Below are positions 28,459 through 39,197 of a stretch of DNA of 64,000 bases, in pieces. The DNA comes from Candidatus Latescibacterota bacterium (GTDB taxonomy: Bacteria; Latescibacterota; UBA2968; GCA-2709665), in NCBI GenBank assembly GCA_965205485.1, contig OZ242180.1, positions 2,752,001 through 2,816,000 of the forward strand, written 5' to 3'. The notes beneath the pieces were generated by a model. That model saw only the letters and a list, made by a program, of their open reading frames with translations, was not told the origin of the DNA and made no database searches. The translations under genes were made by a program, and so were the position numbers. Position 1 is the stretch's first letter; every line of letters begins with the position of its first letter.

Positions 28459-30189
28459 TTACTTTCTTCGTCCTGTTTCGTTCGCGTTCCCTCGTTTCTG
28501 CATCCGCGCCCAGGTGTCCCTCAGCGTAATCGTGCGATTGAAAACGAGCTTTTCGGGCGTCGAATCCGGGTCCACGCAGAAATATCCCAATCGTTCGAAT
28601 TGAAACTGGGCGCCGGGCTCCGCGCCATCGACCGTGGACTCCACAAAACAGCTCGGCCGCACCTCCAGGGATTTCGGGTTCACCGTTTCGCTGATGTCCC
28701 CGCCTTCGGCAACCTCCATTGGATTCTCCACGTTGAACAGCCGATCGTACAGGCGCACCTCCGCCTCAACCGCGTGTGCGGCGGACACCCAGTGGATCGT
28801 ACCTCGGACCCTGCGGCCGTCAGGTGTCGACCCGCCCCGGCTCTCGGGGTCGAACGTGCATCGAAGCTCAACGACGTTTCCATCCTCGTCCTTCACGACG
28901 TCCGTGCAGGTGACATAACAGGCCGCGCGGAGCCTGACCTCCCGCCCCGGCGCAAGGCGGCGGAATCTACGGGGCGGATCCTCCATGAAGTCCTCCCGCT
29001 CGATGTAGACTTCCCGTGAAAATGGCACCGCGCGCGTCCCTGCGGACGGGTCCTCCGGATTGATCTGCGCTTCAATCCTCTCTTCCATGTCTTCGGGGTA
29101 ATTCTCGATGACCACTTTGAGCGGATCGATCACCCCCATCACTCGGGGCGCAAACCGATTCAGATAGTCCCGGATATGAAACTCCAGGAGATCGATCTCC
29201 GCAGTTGTATCTCGTTTGGACATTCCCACGCGGCGGATGAAATTCCGAATCGCCTCGGGGGGCACGCCCCTGCGCCGAAGTCCCGATAGCGTGATCAGCC
29301 TGGGATCGTCCCATCCGGCCAGCAGCCCGTTTTCGATCAATGGCCGCAGATGTCGTTTTCCCACCACCGTATGCGTGACGAACAGCTTTGGAAATTCGAT
29401 CTGACGCGAAGGGAAAATCCCGAGCTCCCGGATATACCAGTCATAAAGGGGGCGGTGGTCTTCGAATTCCTGCGAACACAGGGAATGCGAAACCCCCTCG
29501 ATCGCGTCCGACTGCCCGTGGGTAAAATCGTACATCGGATAGATACACCACGCATTTCCCCGGCGGTAGTGAGACGCCTTGAGGATGCGAAACATCACCG
29601 GATCGCGCAGGTTCATGTTGGGCGACGCCATATCGATCTTCGCCTTCAGGGTTCGCGCACCATCCGAAAATTCACCCGCCCTCATCCGTGCAAACAGATC
29701 GAGGTTCTCGTCGATGGACCGGTTTCGATAGGGGCTTTCTCTTCCCGGTGAGGTCACCGACCCACGGTATGCCCGGGTCGCATCCGTGCTCAAATCGCAT
29801 ACGTAGGCTTTGCGCTTCTTGATCAGTTTGACCGCGAATTCGTAGAGTTGCTCGAAATAATCGGAGGCAAAATAGAGGCGGTCCTCCCAGTCAAACCCCA
29901 GCCATCGGATATCCCGCTGGATTCCGTCCACATAGCTTGCCTCTTCCTTGGTGGGGTCGGTATCATCAAAGCGGAGATTGCAGACGCCGCCGAATTCCTC
30001 GGCAACCCAGAAATTGAGACAGATCGCCTTGGCGTGGCCGATGTGCAGATGCCCATTCGGCTCGGGAGGAAAGCGCGTCATCACGTCCGTGTACCGGCCG
30101 GCGGCGAGGTCCTCCCGAATCGCGTCGCGGATAAAATCGGAGGGAGCGTTTTCGTCGGCGTCAGCCGGGCTGGCATCGGCTTCGTTCAT
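28459..30189 (-). CDS. glnS: glutamine--tRNA ligase
   Basis: [40 protein letters not shown]. Confidence 0.95.
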   Translation of the reverse strand: MNEADASPADADENAPSDFIRDAIREDLAAGRYTDVMTRFPPEPNGHLHIGHAKAICLNFWVAEEFGGVCNLRFDDTDPTKEEASYVDGIQRDIRWLGFDWEDRLYFASDYFEQLYEFAVKLIKKRKAYVCDLSTDATRAYRGSVTSPGRESPYRNRSIDENLDLFARMRAGEFSDGARTLKAKIDMASPNMNLRDPVMFRILKASHYRRGNAWCIYPMYDFTHGQSDAIEGVSHSLCSQEFEDHRPLYDWYIRELGIFPSRQIEFPKLFVTHTVVGKRHLRPLIENGLLAGWDDPRLITLSGLRRRGVPPEAIRNFIRRVGMSKRDTTAEIDLLEFHIRDYLNRFAPRVMGVIDPLKVVIENYPEDMEERIEAQINPEDPSAGTRAVPFSREVYIEREDFMEDPPRRFRRLAPGREVRLRAACYVTCTDVVKDEDGNVVELRCTFDPESRGGSTPDGRRVRGTIHWVSAAHAVEAEVRLYDRLFNVENPMEVAEGGDISETVNPKSLEVRPSCFVESTVDGAEPGAQFQFERLGYFCVDPDSTPEKLVFNRTITLRDTWARMQKRGNANETGRRK

Positions 30190-30269
30190 GGGAAACACCT
30201 CGCAAAAAAGACCGAATGCAACGGGTAAATCAGGGTGAGCAACCTGTAGACGACATACTCCGCTAAAAC

Positions 30270-30400
30270 GACTGAACTCACTGAAGCGTTGGTTGAGCCA
30301 GTCGAAACGTGTTCACTGAACTTGCCGAAGTGCCCGCGTTTCGATACCTGTTAACAGATTTAGCCAGCCCTTCGCCGACCCTTCGACAGGCTCAGGGAGC
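30270..30400. repeat. cluster of degenerate REP-like units (CTGAGCTTGTCGAAG type)
   Basis: gttgagccagtcgaaac, cactgaacttgccgaagtg, cccttcgacaggctcaggg. Confidence 0.5.
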
Positions 30401-30460
30401 GGCTCGGGCATGGCTAACGACTACCAGATCGAATGCAAGAGATGTACCGCCACGTGCCCG

Positions 30461-31441
30461 TCAGGAAGGACGAGTGTCGTCTTCGGTGACCCATTCCGGC
30501 TCCGTGAACAGGCTGCTGACCGACTCGCCATTGTGAATTCTGCGAATGGCTTCGGCAAGCAGGGGCGCCACGGACAACACCGTCAGTCTCGCATTCGACT
30601 GAATTGAGGCCGGCAGGGGTACCGTATCCGTTGTCACGACCTCGCGTACTTCGTCGAACGCGCAAAAGCGCTCGAGCGCGTTACTCGTGAACAGGCCGTG
30701 CGTGCACGCCATCGTGATTTCGCTTACCCGCCGGTCCCGGAGGCGGCGGATCAACTCGACAAGGGTGCCGCCGGTTGCGATCTCGTCGTCCAGAACAATG
30801 ACCTTCCTGTCGTCGACGTCGCCCACGATCGCGTCGATCACCACCTTCGTGTCGGAGATGCGGCGCTTGCTCCCCGCGGCCACGGGCAGTTTCAGCATCC
30901 TGGCGAAATGGGCGGCGTCTTTCGCCCGTCCAAGGTCGGGAGAGACGACGACCGTATTGTCCAGATCGCGGCCCAGAAAGTGACCGGCCAATATATTGAG
31001 CGCGTTGAGGTGGTCCACGGGTACGCTGAAGAAGCCGTGCACCTGCGCCGCGTGGAGCGTCATGGTGAGGACGCGGCTGGCGCCGGCCGTGTAGAGCATG
31101 TCCGCGACAAGCCGGGCCGCAATGGAGATCCGGGGCGCGTCTTTCTTGTCCGAACGCGCATAGCCGAAATACGGGATCACGGCCGTTGTACGCGCCGCGG
31201 ATGCGCCCCTGGCAGCGTCAAGCATCTGCAGCAATTCCATTAGATGATCGTGAACCGGCATCACTATGGGCTGTATAAGGAATACATCCGCTTCCCTGCA
31301 GTTGGCCTCGAGTTGCACCTGGAAGCATCCGTTGCTGAACTGATTCAGCATGCTGCGGCTGCGGGCCACGCCGAGGTGTCCGCAGATATCCTCGGCCAGT
31401 TCCGGATGCGCCGTTCCGCCGAACATCACGATTTCACGCAT
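30461..31441 (-). CDS. prs: ribose-phosphate pyrophosphokinase
   Basis: IPYFGYARSDKK, VVSPDLG, VLDDEIATGGT, THG. Confidence 0.95.
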   Translation of the reverse strand: MREIVMFGGTAHPELAEDICGHLGVARSRSMLNQFSNGCFQVQLEANCREADVFLIQPIVMPVHDHLMELLQMLDAARGASAARTTAVIPYFGYARSDKKDAPRISIAARLVADMLYTAGASRVLTMTLHAAQVHGFFSVPVDHLNALNILAGHFLGRDLDNTVVVSPDLGRAKDAAHFARMLKLPVAAGSKRRISDTKVVIDAIVGDVDDRKVIVLDDEIATGGTLVELIRRLRDRRVSEITMACTHGLFTSNALERFCAFDEVREVVTTDTVPLPASIQSNARLTVLSVAPLLAEAIRRIHNGESVSSLFTEPEWVTEDDTRPS

Positions 31442-31647
31442 GGGTTGTACTCCGTGTACGGAAATTGCACCCGTATCGTGTTACAGGGTTGATCGCCGAC
31501 CGACAGCGACTCAACTGGAGGACCACGGCGTTACGACACACGCCGTTTCGCACATGTGCCTTTTGTGCTTTTTGTGGCCAATTTGATGTTGATCTTCCGT
31601 AGAGCTGAGGTTAAGGACCATTTGAACCGACAAAACCGGTTGACGCG

Positions 31648-32595
31648 TCAGGTCCGATCCTCGATCGATGCAGCCCTTATCTCGTCCAGTTCTTTGGCGC
31701 TGAAGACTCCCGCTTCGAAGAGATTCAGATATTCCTGTGATACACTCTGCCCGAAGATCATCGGATCGTCCGTATTGACGGTGACCTCCACGCCGTGATC
31801 GAAGAGAACGCGGATCGGATGCGACGAGAGGGAGTCCACAGCGCCCAGCATGACGTTGCTGGACGGGCAGACGTGAAGCCGAATCCGGTTTTCCGACAGC
31901 CATTGCATCACCCTGGGCGATTCGGCAGCAGCGATGCCGTGTTGTATCTCGTCCAGCTCCAGGATTTCCGCCGTCTCCCGTACGCGTTCGGCCCCGCCGA
32001 ATTCGCCAACGTGCGCCTTCAATTTCATTCCGGCCGACCTTGCATTTCTGTAGATGGGAATCACGACGTCAACGGAACACGCGTTTTCGTCGGCATAAAG
32101 GTCGATCGAAAGGAAGACGCCGGACTCGATTCCCGCGTGGATACGATGGACCATCTCCCTGTCGGCGACGATCTCTCGCGGTATGCCGAGTTCCGGCCTG
32201 AGATCGATACGGTCGCGATAACGCTTCCTCAGTTCCTTGATGGTGGACGCGAATTCCGCGAAGCCGCTCTCGAAATGACTGGCAGACCGCACGTCGAAGC
32301 TCATCTCCAGGCATCGGACGCCGTCTTCAATCGCGTCGCCGATCGCCGCCGCGGCCGTGAATTCAAAGGCCTCTCGCGAACTGATGTGGGGACCCAGAAC
32401 CCTGACGGCGTAGTCATCCAGGGCCTTAATGCCGGGCATGGGAAAAGCCGGCCGTTCCAGCGGGTAACCGAGCCAGCGCTCCACATTCTCGATTCGCGTT
32501 CCGAAGAAGGCGTGGCGGTGGAAGTCGGCTTTCGGCGCGCGCTGAATCGACTCCACGTCGCCCGACTCGAGGGCCTGCGCGAAGGGTAGGTTCAT
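31648..32595 (-). CDS. adenosine deaminase family protein
   Basis: PKADFHRH, AHVGE, IQHGI, CPSSN, VNTDDP. Confidence 0.8.
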   Translation of the reverse strand: MNLPFAQALESGDVESIQRAPKADFHRHAFFGTRIENVERWLGYPLERPAFPMPGIKALDDYAVRVLGPHISSREAFEFTAAAAIGDAIEDGVRCLEMSFDVRSASHFESGFAEFASTIKELRKRYRDRIDLRPELGIPREIVADREMVHRIHAGIESGVFLSIDLYADENACSVDVVIPIYRNARSAGMKLKAHVGEFGGAERVRETAEILELDEIQHGIAAAESPRVMQWLSENRIRLHVCPSSNVMLGAVDSLSSHPIRVLFDHGVEVTVNTDDPMIFGQSVSQEYLNLFEAGVFSAKELDEIRAASIEDRT

Positions 32596-32717
32596 TGTAC
32601 GGCCATCAAATATACATACCTGCGCTGTCGTATTTGATTTTTAATTCCCGGTTTTTTCATTTTTCCATGCAGAAGGAAATGGTATCCAATGCACCTGTCG
32701 CGCTTAAAAACAAAATT

Positions 32718-32791
32718 TGGCTGCCCCCCAGGGATTCGAACCCCGATACTACGGTCCAGAGCCGCATGTCTTGCCATTAGACGAGGGGGCA
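32718..32791 (-). tRNA. tRNA-Gln(CTG)
   Basis: Acceptor UGCCCCC/GGGGGCA, anticodon arm tgcgg-ctCTGga-ccgta, GTTCGAATCC T-loop, encoded CCA. Confidence 0.95.
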
Positions 32792-32818
32792 GCCATATTT
32801 GCGATGCGTGTGGTCTGT

Positions 32819-34258
32819 TTATTGTGGAGCGGTCTCCCTTCGTCCCAGTCGTTCCAGGCCCGTCTTCATCCGCCGGATACACGTTTCCTGTCCCAGAACA
32901 TCCATCATTTCGAACAGTCCCGGCCCCGTGTTCGTACCGCTGAGCGCGAGGCGGGTGGGATGGATCAGCTTTCCCGTTGAGATACCGAGTTGTCCTGAGA
33001 GCGTACGCGTGGCGCCTTCGATTTCCCCTTCGTTGAAGTCGGACAGCGCTTCAAGCCTGTCGATCAGCAACGCCAGCCGGGACGGGCTGTCGACCTTCCA
33101 GTGTTTCTTGCGGGCTTTTTCCTCGTACGATTGCGGATCGTTGAAGAAGTACTCGAAATTCAGAAAATCCCGTAAGGTCTGGATGCGCGGCTGCATCAAG
33201 CTTACGGCCCTCAGCAGGCTCGACCGTCGGGCATCCGCATCTTGCGCCGTTATCCATCCCGCGTCAATCCACAGCTTCAGCGCTGCCCGCAAGAGTTTGG
33301 AAACAGGCTTCAACCTCAGGTGTTCGCCGTTCAGCCAGACCAGCTTTCGCTCGTCGAAGACCGCATTCTTGCTGAGCATTCCTTCAACGGAAAACGCCTC
33401 GATCAATTCCTCTTGTGTGAAGACCTCCCGGTCAACCCCGGGAGACCAGCCCTGAAGCGCCAGAAAATTAAACAGCGCCTCGGGCAGGATGCCTTGCTGC
33501 CGGTATTCAGTGACCGTCGTCGCGCCAAGGCGCTTGCTCAGCTTTCTGCCATCCGGGCCCATCAGCAATGTCGTATGCGCGTATACCGGGACCGTCCAAC
33601 CCAGCGCTTGAAAGAGCATCACCTGCTTGGGTGTATTGGAGAGGTGTTCCGCGCCCCGGATCACCAGCGTCACGCCCAGATCGTGATCATCGACGACCAC
33701 CGCCAGGTGGTAGATCGGTGATCCGTCCGCGCGCAGGACAATGAAGTCCTCCACCTCGACGTTGTCCCATCGTTGCGTGCCCCTGATGGGATCCTGCCAG
33801 ACCGTTACGCCTTCCGGAACCCTGAAACGCACCGTCTTCGGCCGCCCCTCGGCTTCAAATGCAGCCTGTTGTTCCGGTGTCAGGTCCCTGTTGTACCGAA
33901 CCCGCCGGCCCTCCGCCTGTGCCTGCTGCTGCAGGGCCCGCACTTCTTCCGGGGTCTCGTAGGCGTAATACGCGTGTCCGGTCTCCAGCAGCCGGTCAAC
34001 CGTTTTTCGGTGCGCATCCGCGTTACCGGACTGAAAAATCGGCTTGCCGTGAAACGCAATCCCCAGCCAGTCCAGTCCTTCCTTTATGGTCTGGAGAGCG
34101 GCGTCCGTGGACCGGTCCCGGTCCGTATCTTCAATCCGCAGGTGCAGCCGCCCGCCGTAATGCCGGACGTAGAGAAAGTTGAAAAGCGCAGTACGGGCGT
34201 TGCCCACGTGAAATCCGCCAGTGGGCGACGGCGCGAATCGAAGAACGGGATCGGACAT
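32819..34258 (-). CDS. gltX: glutamate--tRNA ligase
   Basis: RFAPSPTG, HVGN, LRIEDTD, KLSKR; start MSDPVL at 34258. Confidence 0.95.
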   Translation of the reverse strand: MSDPVLRFAPSPTGGFHVGNARTALFNFLYVRHYGGRLHLRIEDTDRDRSTDAALQTIKEGLDWLGIAFHGKPIFQSGNADAHRKTVDRLLETGHAYYAYETPEEVRALQQQAQAEGRRVRYNRDLTPEQQAAFEAEGRPKTVRFRVPEGVTVWQDPIRGTQRWDNVEVEDFIVLRADGSPIYHLAVVVDDHDLGVTLVIRGAEHLSNTPKQVMLFQALGWTVPVYAHTTLLMGPDGRKLSKRLGATTVTEYRQQGILPEALFNFLALQGWSPGVDREVFTQEELIEAFSVEGMLSKNAVFDERKLVWLNGEHLRLKPVSKLLRAALKLWIDAGWITAQDADARRSSLLRAVSLMQPRIQTLRDFLNFEYFFNDPQSYEEKARKKHWKVDSPSRLALLIDRLEALSDFNEGEIEGATRTLSGQLGISTGKLIHPTRLALSGTNTGPGLFEMMDVLGQETCIRRMKTGLERLGRRETAPQ

Positions 34259-34511
34259 TAAGAATCGCTGAGACGTGAGAAGTAAGGCGTGAGACGAGAA
34301 CAGCGACGTCCGCGCCGATTTCGTTTTCGAAGTGAGCGTAATTCGAACCGCCCACGTGCCGGCGGTGAATCGGTAGCCATATGTAATCGGCGGTCGGCAA
34401 CTTGACGCGAGAAACAAGAAGCAAGAAACGTCGCCGGACGATTGGGGTGAGGGGTGTGGCCCTCTTCCTTCTTGCTTTTTCCTTCTTCTTTGTCAGTGCC
34501 GCTTGTTTTCT

Positions 34512-34604
<93 letters not shown>

Positions 34605-34962
34605 GCATAAAAGATTCCGAGAAATCTAATTTTACCAAATCGTGCCCGCAAAATCAAGGAAAACCTGTGATGCGGAGACTATTTCGCCAGGCGTCGGGGA
34701 ACCGGCGCAGTCTAAAACGAAAGGGCCTAAAAGCCCTGCCTGTACATCGGATTCGGCCGCCCTTTCACCTCGGGCCGTCCGCGTTTAACCCAGGGTCTCG
34801 AGTTGCCGGTCGTCGGCCGGAGCGAGCAGCCCGCCGTGAACCGCCAATGCGTATCGCGGCGAATTTCACCAATCATCAAGGACTCAATGAATCCAACTGG
34901 AAATTCAACATCAGGTCGTTATATTTCGTACCCATTCTAAACCGAAACCGGAAAGGCTAAGA

Positions 34963-35652
34963 GTGATGCGTACTGGTGTTCTGTTCGATCTCGATGACAC
35001 GCTGATCGACCTCCAATACTCTCGTCGCCATGGGCTGCGCGCGGTTCAGGAGATTCTGACCGGCCTCAAGCGGGTCTCGCTGGAGGAACTCGAACTTGCT
35101 CACGACGAGGAGTTGAACCTGACCTATCCGCGTACGCTCGACGGCAGTCTGTCCGCCGAGGAAGCGGGCCGTTTACAAATACACGGCATCTGCCGGCGTT
35201 ACAACCAGGAAACAACCCGTGTGGCAGAGGCTGCAGAGGCTTACGCGCAAGCGCAGCAGTCCAACCCCACGCTTGTACCGGGTGTCGAGGCGTTGTTCGA
35301 CGCGCTGCGGGGACGGGCGAAGATCGGAGTCGTCACCAACGGCTGTCCGCTTCAGCGATACAAGCTGGAACTGTTCGACCTTTTTCCCCTGGACGCGCTG
35401 GCGATATCGGAGGAGGTGGGAGCGGAAAAACCGGACCCGGCGATCTTCCGTTACGCGCTTGATGAGCTTGGGATGAAGAAGGCGACAATGATAGGTGATT
35501 CGTGGGATAATGACGTTCTGGGAGCGGTAGGATGCGGTCTGCCCGCGATCTGGCTGAATCGTTACCGTCGAACCTGTCCCGATCCTTTACTTGCCGTTGA
35601 AATCAGTGGATTCGAGCCCGTGGAAGATGTTCTGAATGTCCTGAATCTTTAG
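34963..35652 (+). CDS. HAD-family hydrolase
   Basis: FDLDDTL, VTNG, KPDPAIF, MIGDSWDND. Confidence 0.9.
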   Translation: MMRTGVLFDLDDTLIDLQYSRRHGLRAVQEILTGLKRVSLEELELAHDEELNLTYPRTLDGSLSAEEAGRLQIHGICRRYNQETTRVAEAAEAYAQAQQSNPTLVPGVEALFDALRGRAKIGVVTNGCPLQRYKLELFDLFPLDALAISEEVGAEKPDPAIFRYALDELGMKKATMIGDSWDNDVLGAVGCGLPAIWLNRYRRTCPDPLLAVEISGFEPVEDVLNVLNL

Positions 35653-35689
35653 CCAATCGTCATACACAACCCTGGAATGGAGGCGAAAG

Positions 35690-35968
35690 ATGACGGTAAC
35701 CGTGCACATCCCGGAGCCACTTCAGAAGTGGACGAAAAATCAAGCCACGGTAGAAATCGCGGATGTCATCTCCATAGACGACGTGATTGACAGCCTGGAA
35801 AGGGAACATCCGGGTATCAAGGACAAGCTGGTCGAGAACGGAGAGATTCGAAAATATCTCAATGTCTTCCTCAATGAGGAAGATATCAAATTCATGAAGG
35901 ATGAAGACATCCGTCTCAGACACGGAGATAGCGTGTTCATCATACCGTCCATAGCGGGAGGCAATTGA
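35690..35968 (+). CDS. MoaD/ThiS (CysO-like) ubiquitin-like sulfur carrier
   Basis: V.IP, YLNVFLNEEDI, C-terminal IAGG-N; RBS ggagg. Confidence 0.85.
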   Translation: MTVTVHIPEPLQKWTKNQATVEIADVISIDDVIDSLEREHPGIKDKLVENGEIRKYLNVFLNEEDIKFMKDEDIRLRHGDSVFIIPSIAGGN

Positions 35969-36083
35969 TGGACCGGCGAGATTCTCTGGCTCGTGGATCC
36001 GCGCTTTCCACGGCAGCGAATCCAAGGGCGGAAGACAGGCGCCTGTCCGGCTGTACTTACCGGCGTTTTGGAGGGCGTCCGTA

Positions 36084-36758
36084 GTGTCCGTGCTGCCCGT
36101 CGTCTTCCACAACCTGCTTCGATACGACACGCTCACGTATAGCGACAACCTATCCGCCGCTTTTACTGTCGGATACCGCCTTGAAGATCGCCCGGACGAC
36201 ACGTGGAGCGTCCGGTTCACTAAGTTCAAATTCGATCCCGACGACGCTTCCACCCAGGGCGGGGTGAGGCTCATGGCGCACGCCGCAGGCATTCTTGTTC
36301 AAGGTCTCGGATTGGACCCCAACAGGACGGTCTTCGCGCCAGCGCTGCGCTCCGCAGAAAAAACCGCGGATTCTGAGGGATTGATGGCGATGCTCGCAAG
36401 TCGGTGCGCCGGAGCCTGCCGTTACGAGCCGGGGCTGTTGCGCAAGGAAGTCCATCCGCCCACGGGCAGAGGAGGACTGTATCCTGAATTTCGGGCCTTA
36501 CTGGTTGAGCAGGCTGACTATCGTTCCGCTTCCCTGGATGCCGACACGGTCTTCATCGTGGACGACTTCGTAGCCACTGGAATGACGCTGTCCCTTGCAG
36601 CTACCTCAATTCTGAAGCGCAACCCGGACGTGACCGTGTACGGATTCGCGCTGGCGAAACCGGAATGGCATAAAATGGTCCTCGATTGGCATGGCGTGGA
36701 TCTCAGCAACAGCCACATACCATCTCACTGGTCTTCGATATGGTCGGCGACCCCCTGA
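36084..36758 (+). CDS. phosphoribosyltransferase-domain (ComF-like) protein
   Basis: PRPP loop FIVDDFVATGMTL, C-terminal VYGFALAK; RBS ggagg. Confidence 0.7.
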   Translation: MSVLPVVFHNLLRYDTLTYSDNLSAAFTVGYRLEDRPDDTWSVRFTKFKFDPDDASTQGGVRLMAHAAGILVQGLGLDPNRTVFAPALRSAEKTADSEGLMAMLASRCAGACRYEPGLLRKEVHPPTGRGGLYPEFRALLVEQADYRSASLDADTVFIVDDFVATGMTLSLAATSILKRNPDVTVYGFALAKPEWHKMVLDWHGVDLSNSHIPSHWSSIWSATP

Positions 36759-37078
36759 AAAAGGAGTGTCGCTCTTACTCCTGAGGGCGCTCAATGGCTT
36801 ACCGGCAGGCAGACGAACAAGCGGGTACGTGTCAGCTCTTCACAAGGGAGGGGATCGCGAACGACCACGAGGCCGCGGACGCCTGCTCCGTGTCCGTCCG
36901 CGACAGCGACGGGTTGGGCGCCGTCCGCATAGACATGAACGATAAATCCGTCAGGGGGCGTCTATTGCCTCCTGACGGCTCTCTATTACCCGAACGTTCA
37001 GAAAGGCCGGTGTCCGGACGTCCTTCAGATCATGCGCAACGCCCGCCGGTCAGGAAATACAGCTGTCAGATTCAGAAT

Positions 37079-37167
37079 TGGCGGTGGGGGTGGGATTCGA
37101 ACCCACGGATCCGGTAAGGATCAACGGTTTTCAAGACCGCCACGTTCGACCACTCCGTCACCCCACC
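37079..37167 (-). tRNA. tRNA-Ser(TGA)
   Basis: GGTGGGG acceptor, gcggt-ctTGAaa-accgt, variable arm, T-loop, CCA. Confidence 0.95.
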
Positions 37168-37212
37168 GTCACGATTCACAGGATCCAGACATCCGCGGCG
37201 GTTCTACAAAAA

Positions 37213-37240
37213 ACTATAGAAAACGGGTGTTCGCTGTCAA
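37213..37240 (-). promoter_or_regulatory. promoter of tRNA-Ser(TGA)
   Basis: TTGACA-N16-TATAGT on the minus strand. Confidence 0.6.
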
Positions 37241-37432
37241 GACCTTTGTCTCCCGAAACCACTCCCGGACGGCCGGCCGGACATCCTTGTTTTTGCCCGA
37301 TGAAGTCGTCTATTTCCGCCGGTTTAAGATGTACAAGATTGGGGTTGCGCCGCCCTGGAGATTCCTGTATCATTAGTCAAGTTTGAGGCGTTCCCGGGTG
37401 GTCCGGATTCTGTCGGCGTCTGCTGCCGCACG

Positions 37433-39088
37433 ATGACCGCCGGGGCTTTTCAGACAGCATCCCACGGAGGCCCGGTGCCCCAGGTCCATGCCAGGCTCGT
37501 AACCGGCGCACAGATGGCCCGCATCGACCGCGGGGCCATGGAACGCGGGGTTTCCGGCATCCGGCTGATGGAGAATGCGGGGCGCGGCGCGGCCGGGGTT
37601 CTCGACGACCTCGCCGGTGGCTTTCAGGGCAAACGAATCGCCGTCCTCTGCGGCAAGGGCAACAACGGCGGCGACGGGTTCGTGATTGCGGATCTCGCCG
37701 CCTCGTCAGGCGCTTCGGTTTCCGCCTTTCTACTGGCAACGGAAGACCAGGTCACGGGCGACGCGCGCCACCACCTGGATCGAGCCCGGAAGAACGGCCT
37801 TGAGATCGAAGAAATCGTTGAAATTAAAGATCTTGTACGAATCCGGCCTGTGCTTTCCAACGCGGCCGCCGCTGTAGACGCCCTCCTTGGAACCGGGATT
37901 CGGGGCGAACCCCGCGGGCTGATCGCCGGCGCAATCGAAACGCTTCGGGACGCCGCCTGTCCCATCCTGGCCGTAGACGTTCCGTCCGGCCTGGATGCGG
38001 ACACCGGCCTTGTAGATGGGGCCTGCGCCGCTGCAACGCGCACGGTCACCTTCGGACTCCCTAAAATCGGGCAGTTTCGCTTTCCGGGCCGGTCCCTCTG
38101 CGGAAGCCTTTTTTGCGCGGACATCGGACTGCCTCCCGCGGCTGTCGCAGGTGAAGACGTCACCTGTCAACTCATTGCGGCGCACGGAGGCGCGGCGCTT
38201 CTGCCGCGACGTCCGCCGGATGCCCACAAGGGCGATTGCGGCAGGGTGGTCATCCTCGCCGGTTCAATGGGTTTCACGGGCGCCGCGGTACTTTCGGCGC
38301 AGGGGGCGCTCAGGTCCGGCGCCGGGCTGGTTCAGGTCGGCGCGCCGGAGAGCCTGAACGACATTCTTGAGGTCAAGCTCACCGAGGCGATGACCCGTCC
38401 GCTTCCAGAGGTCCGGAAACACCGCTGTCTCGCCCTTCGCGCCCGCGGCGACATACAAAGGTTGGTCGAGGAGGCCGATTGCGTGGCGCTGGGACCCGGG
38501 CTGGGCACGCACCGGGAAACCGTCGAATTGGTCCGGCGGATCGTTCACGATATCCAGGCGCCGCTCGTTCTGGACGCAGACGGCATCAACGCGTTCGCCG
38601 GAGCGCCCGAAAACCTGAAAATGCGGACGGCGCCGACCGTTGTCACGCCCCACCCGGGGGAATTCGCGCGTCTCACCGGTCTCGGCAGAGAGGCCGTCTG
38701 TTCGGATCCCATCGGCTCGGCGCAGACACTGTCCGGCGAGGCCGGCGTCATCGTCGTACTCAAGGGCGCGCCGACCGTTGTGGCCGTGCCCTGCGGCCGA
38801 ACGTACGTCAATCCCAGTGGGAATGCAGGCATGGCCTCGGGCGGATCCGGAGACGTGCTCACCGGAATTCTCGCGGCACTGATCGGTCAGGGGCTGGACC
38901 CCGAGTCAGCGGCCAGCCTCGGTGTCTACCTGCACGGGTTAGCCGGGGACCTGTGCGCCGAACGCGCGGGTGAGGCCGGAATGATCGCGAGCGACATCGG
39001 GGCGACGCTCCCTGGCGCCGTGCGCGCTATTGAAACAGGCGCGGACAAGAATCGATACATTCAATTTCATGCGTTAACAGTCCGTTGA
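37433..39088 (+). CDS. nnr: bifunctional NAD(P)H-hydrate epimerase/dehydratase (YjeF)
   Basis: LMENAG, CGKGNNGGDG, DALLGTG, DVPSG, TPHPGE, GGSGDVL. Confidence 0.95.
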   Translation: MTAGAFQTASHGGPVPQVHARLVTGAQMARIDRGAMERGVSGIRLMENAGRGAAGVLDDLAGGFQGKRIAVLCGKGNNGGDGFVIADLAASSGASVSAFLLATEDQVTGDARHHLDRARKNGLEIEEIVEIKDLVRIRPVLSNAAAAVDALLGTGIRGEPRGLIAGAIETLRDAACPILAVDVPSGLDADTGLVDGACAAATRTVTFGLPKIGQFRFPGRSLCGSLFCADIGLPPAAVAGEDVTCQLIAAHGGAALLPRRPPDAHKGDCGRVVILAGSMGFTGAAVLSAQGALRSGAGLVQVGAPESLNDILEVKLTEAMTRPLPEVRKHRCLALRARGDIQRLVEEADCVALGPGLGTHRETVELVRRIVHDIQAPLVLDADGINAFAGAPENLKMRTAPTVVTPHPGEFARLTGLGREAVCSDPIGSAQTLSGEAGVIVVLKGAPTVVAVPCGRTYVNPSGNAGMASGGSGDVLTGILAALIGQGLDPESAASLGVYLHGLAGDLCAERAGEAGMIASDIGATLPGAVRAIETGADKNRYIQFHALTVR

Positions 39089-39176
39089 TAAAGTCGCTCT
39101 GCAGGCGAGGGCGCGCAACGCAGTATTTCGGCCACGAGAGCCGGCCGCAGCCCGGATGGGCTTTTTCAACGGGCTG
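39078..39176. mobile_element. MITE-like repeat, family B
   Basis: Imperfect TIRs cagtccgttgataaag ... ctttttcaacgggctg; partial inverted copy at 45822-45859. Confidence 0.6.
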
Positions 39177-39197
39177 CTCAACTGAGAACCGGATCAA

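Noticed and set aside
31545..31585. Short repeat tgtgccttttgtgctttttgtggc
   Set aside because: Single low-complexity occurrence with no associated gene.
34259..34500. N-terminal extension of gltX or a T-box leader
   Set aside because: The region consists of short heptamer-like repeats; no T-box consensus recognised.
34605..37078. Integrative element or prophage at the tRNA-Ser genes
   Set aside because: No integrase or phage gene, and I saw no duplicated tRNA 3' end (att site).
36794..37078. ORF 36794..37117
   Set aside because: Runs antisense into the tRNA and has no motif; probably non-coding or a remnant.
37079..37167. Possible tRNA-Sec serving the selenoprotein
   Set aside because: The anticodon reads TGA (Ser, decodes TCA), not TCA, and the acceptor stem is the normal 7 bp.
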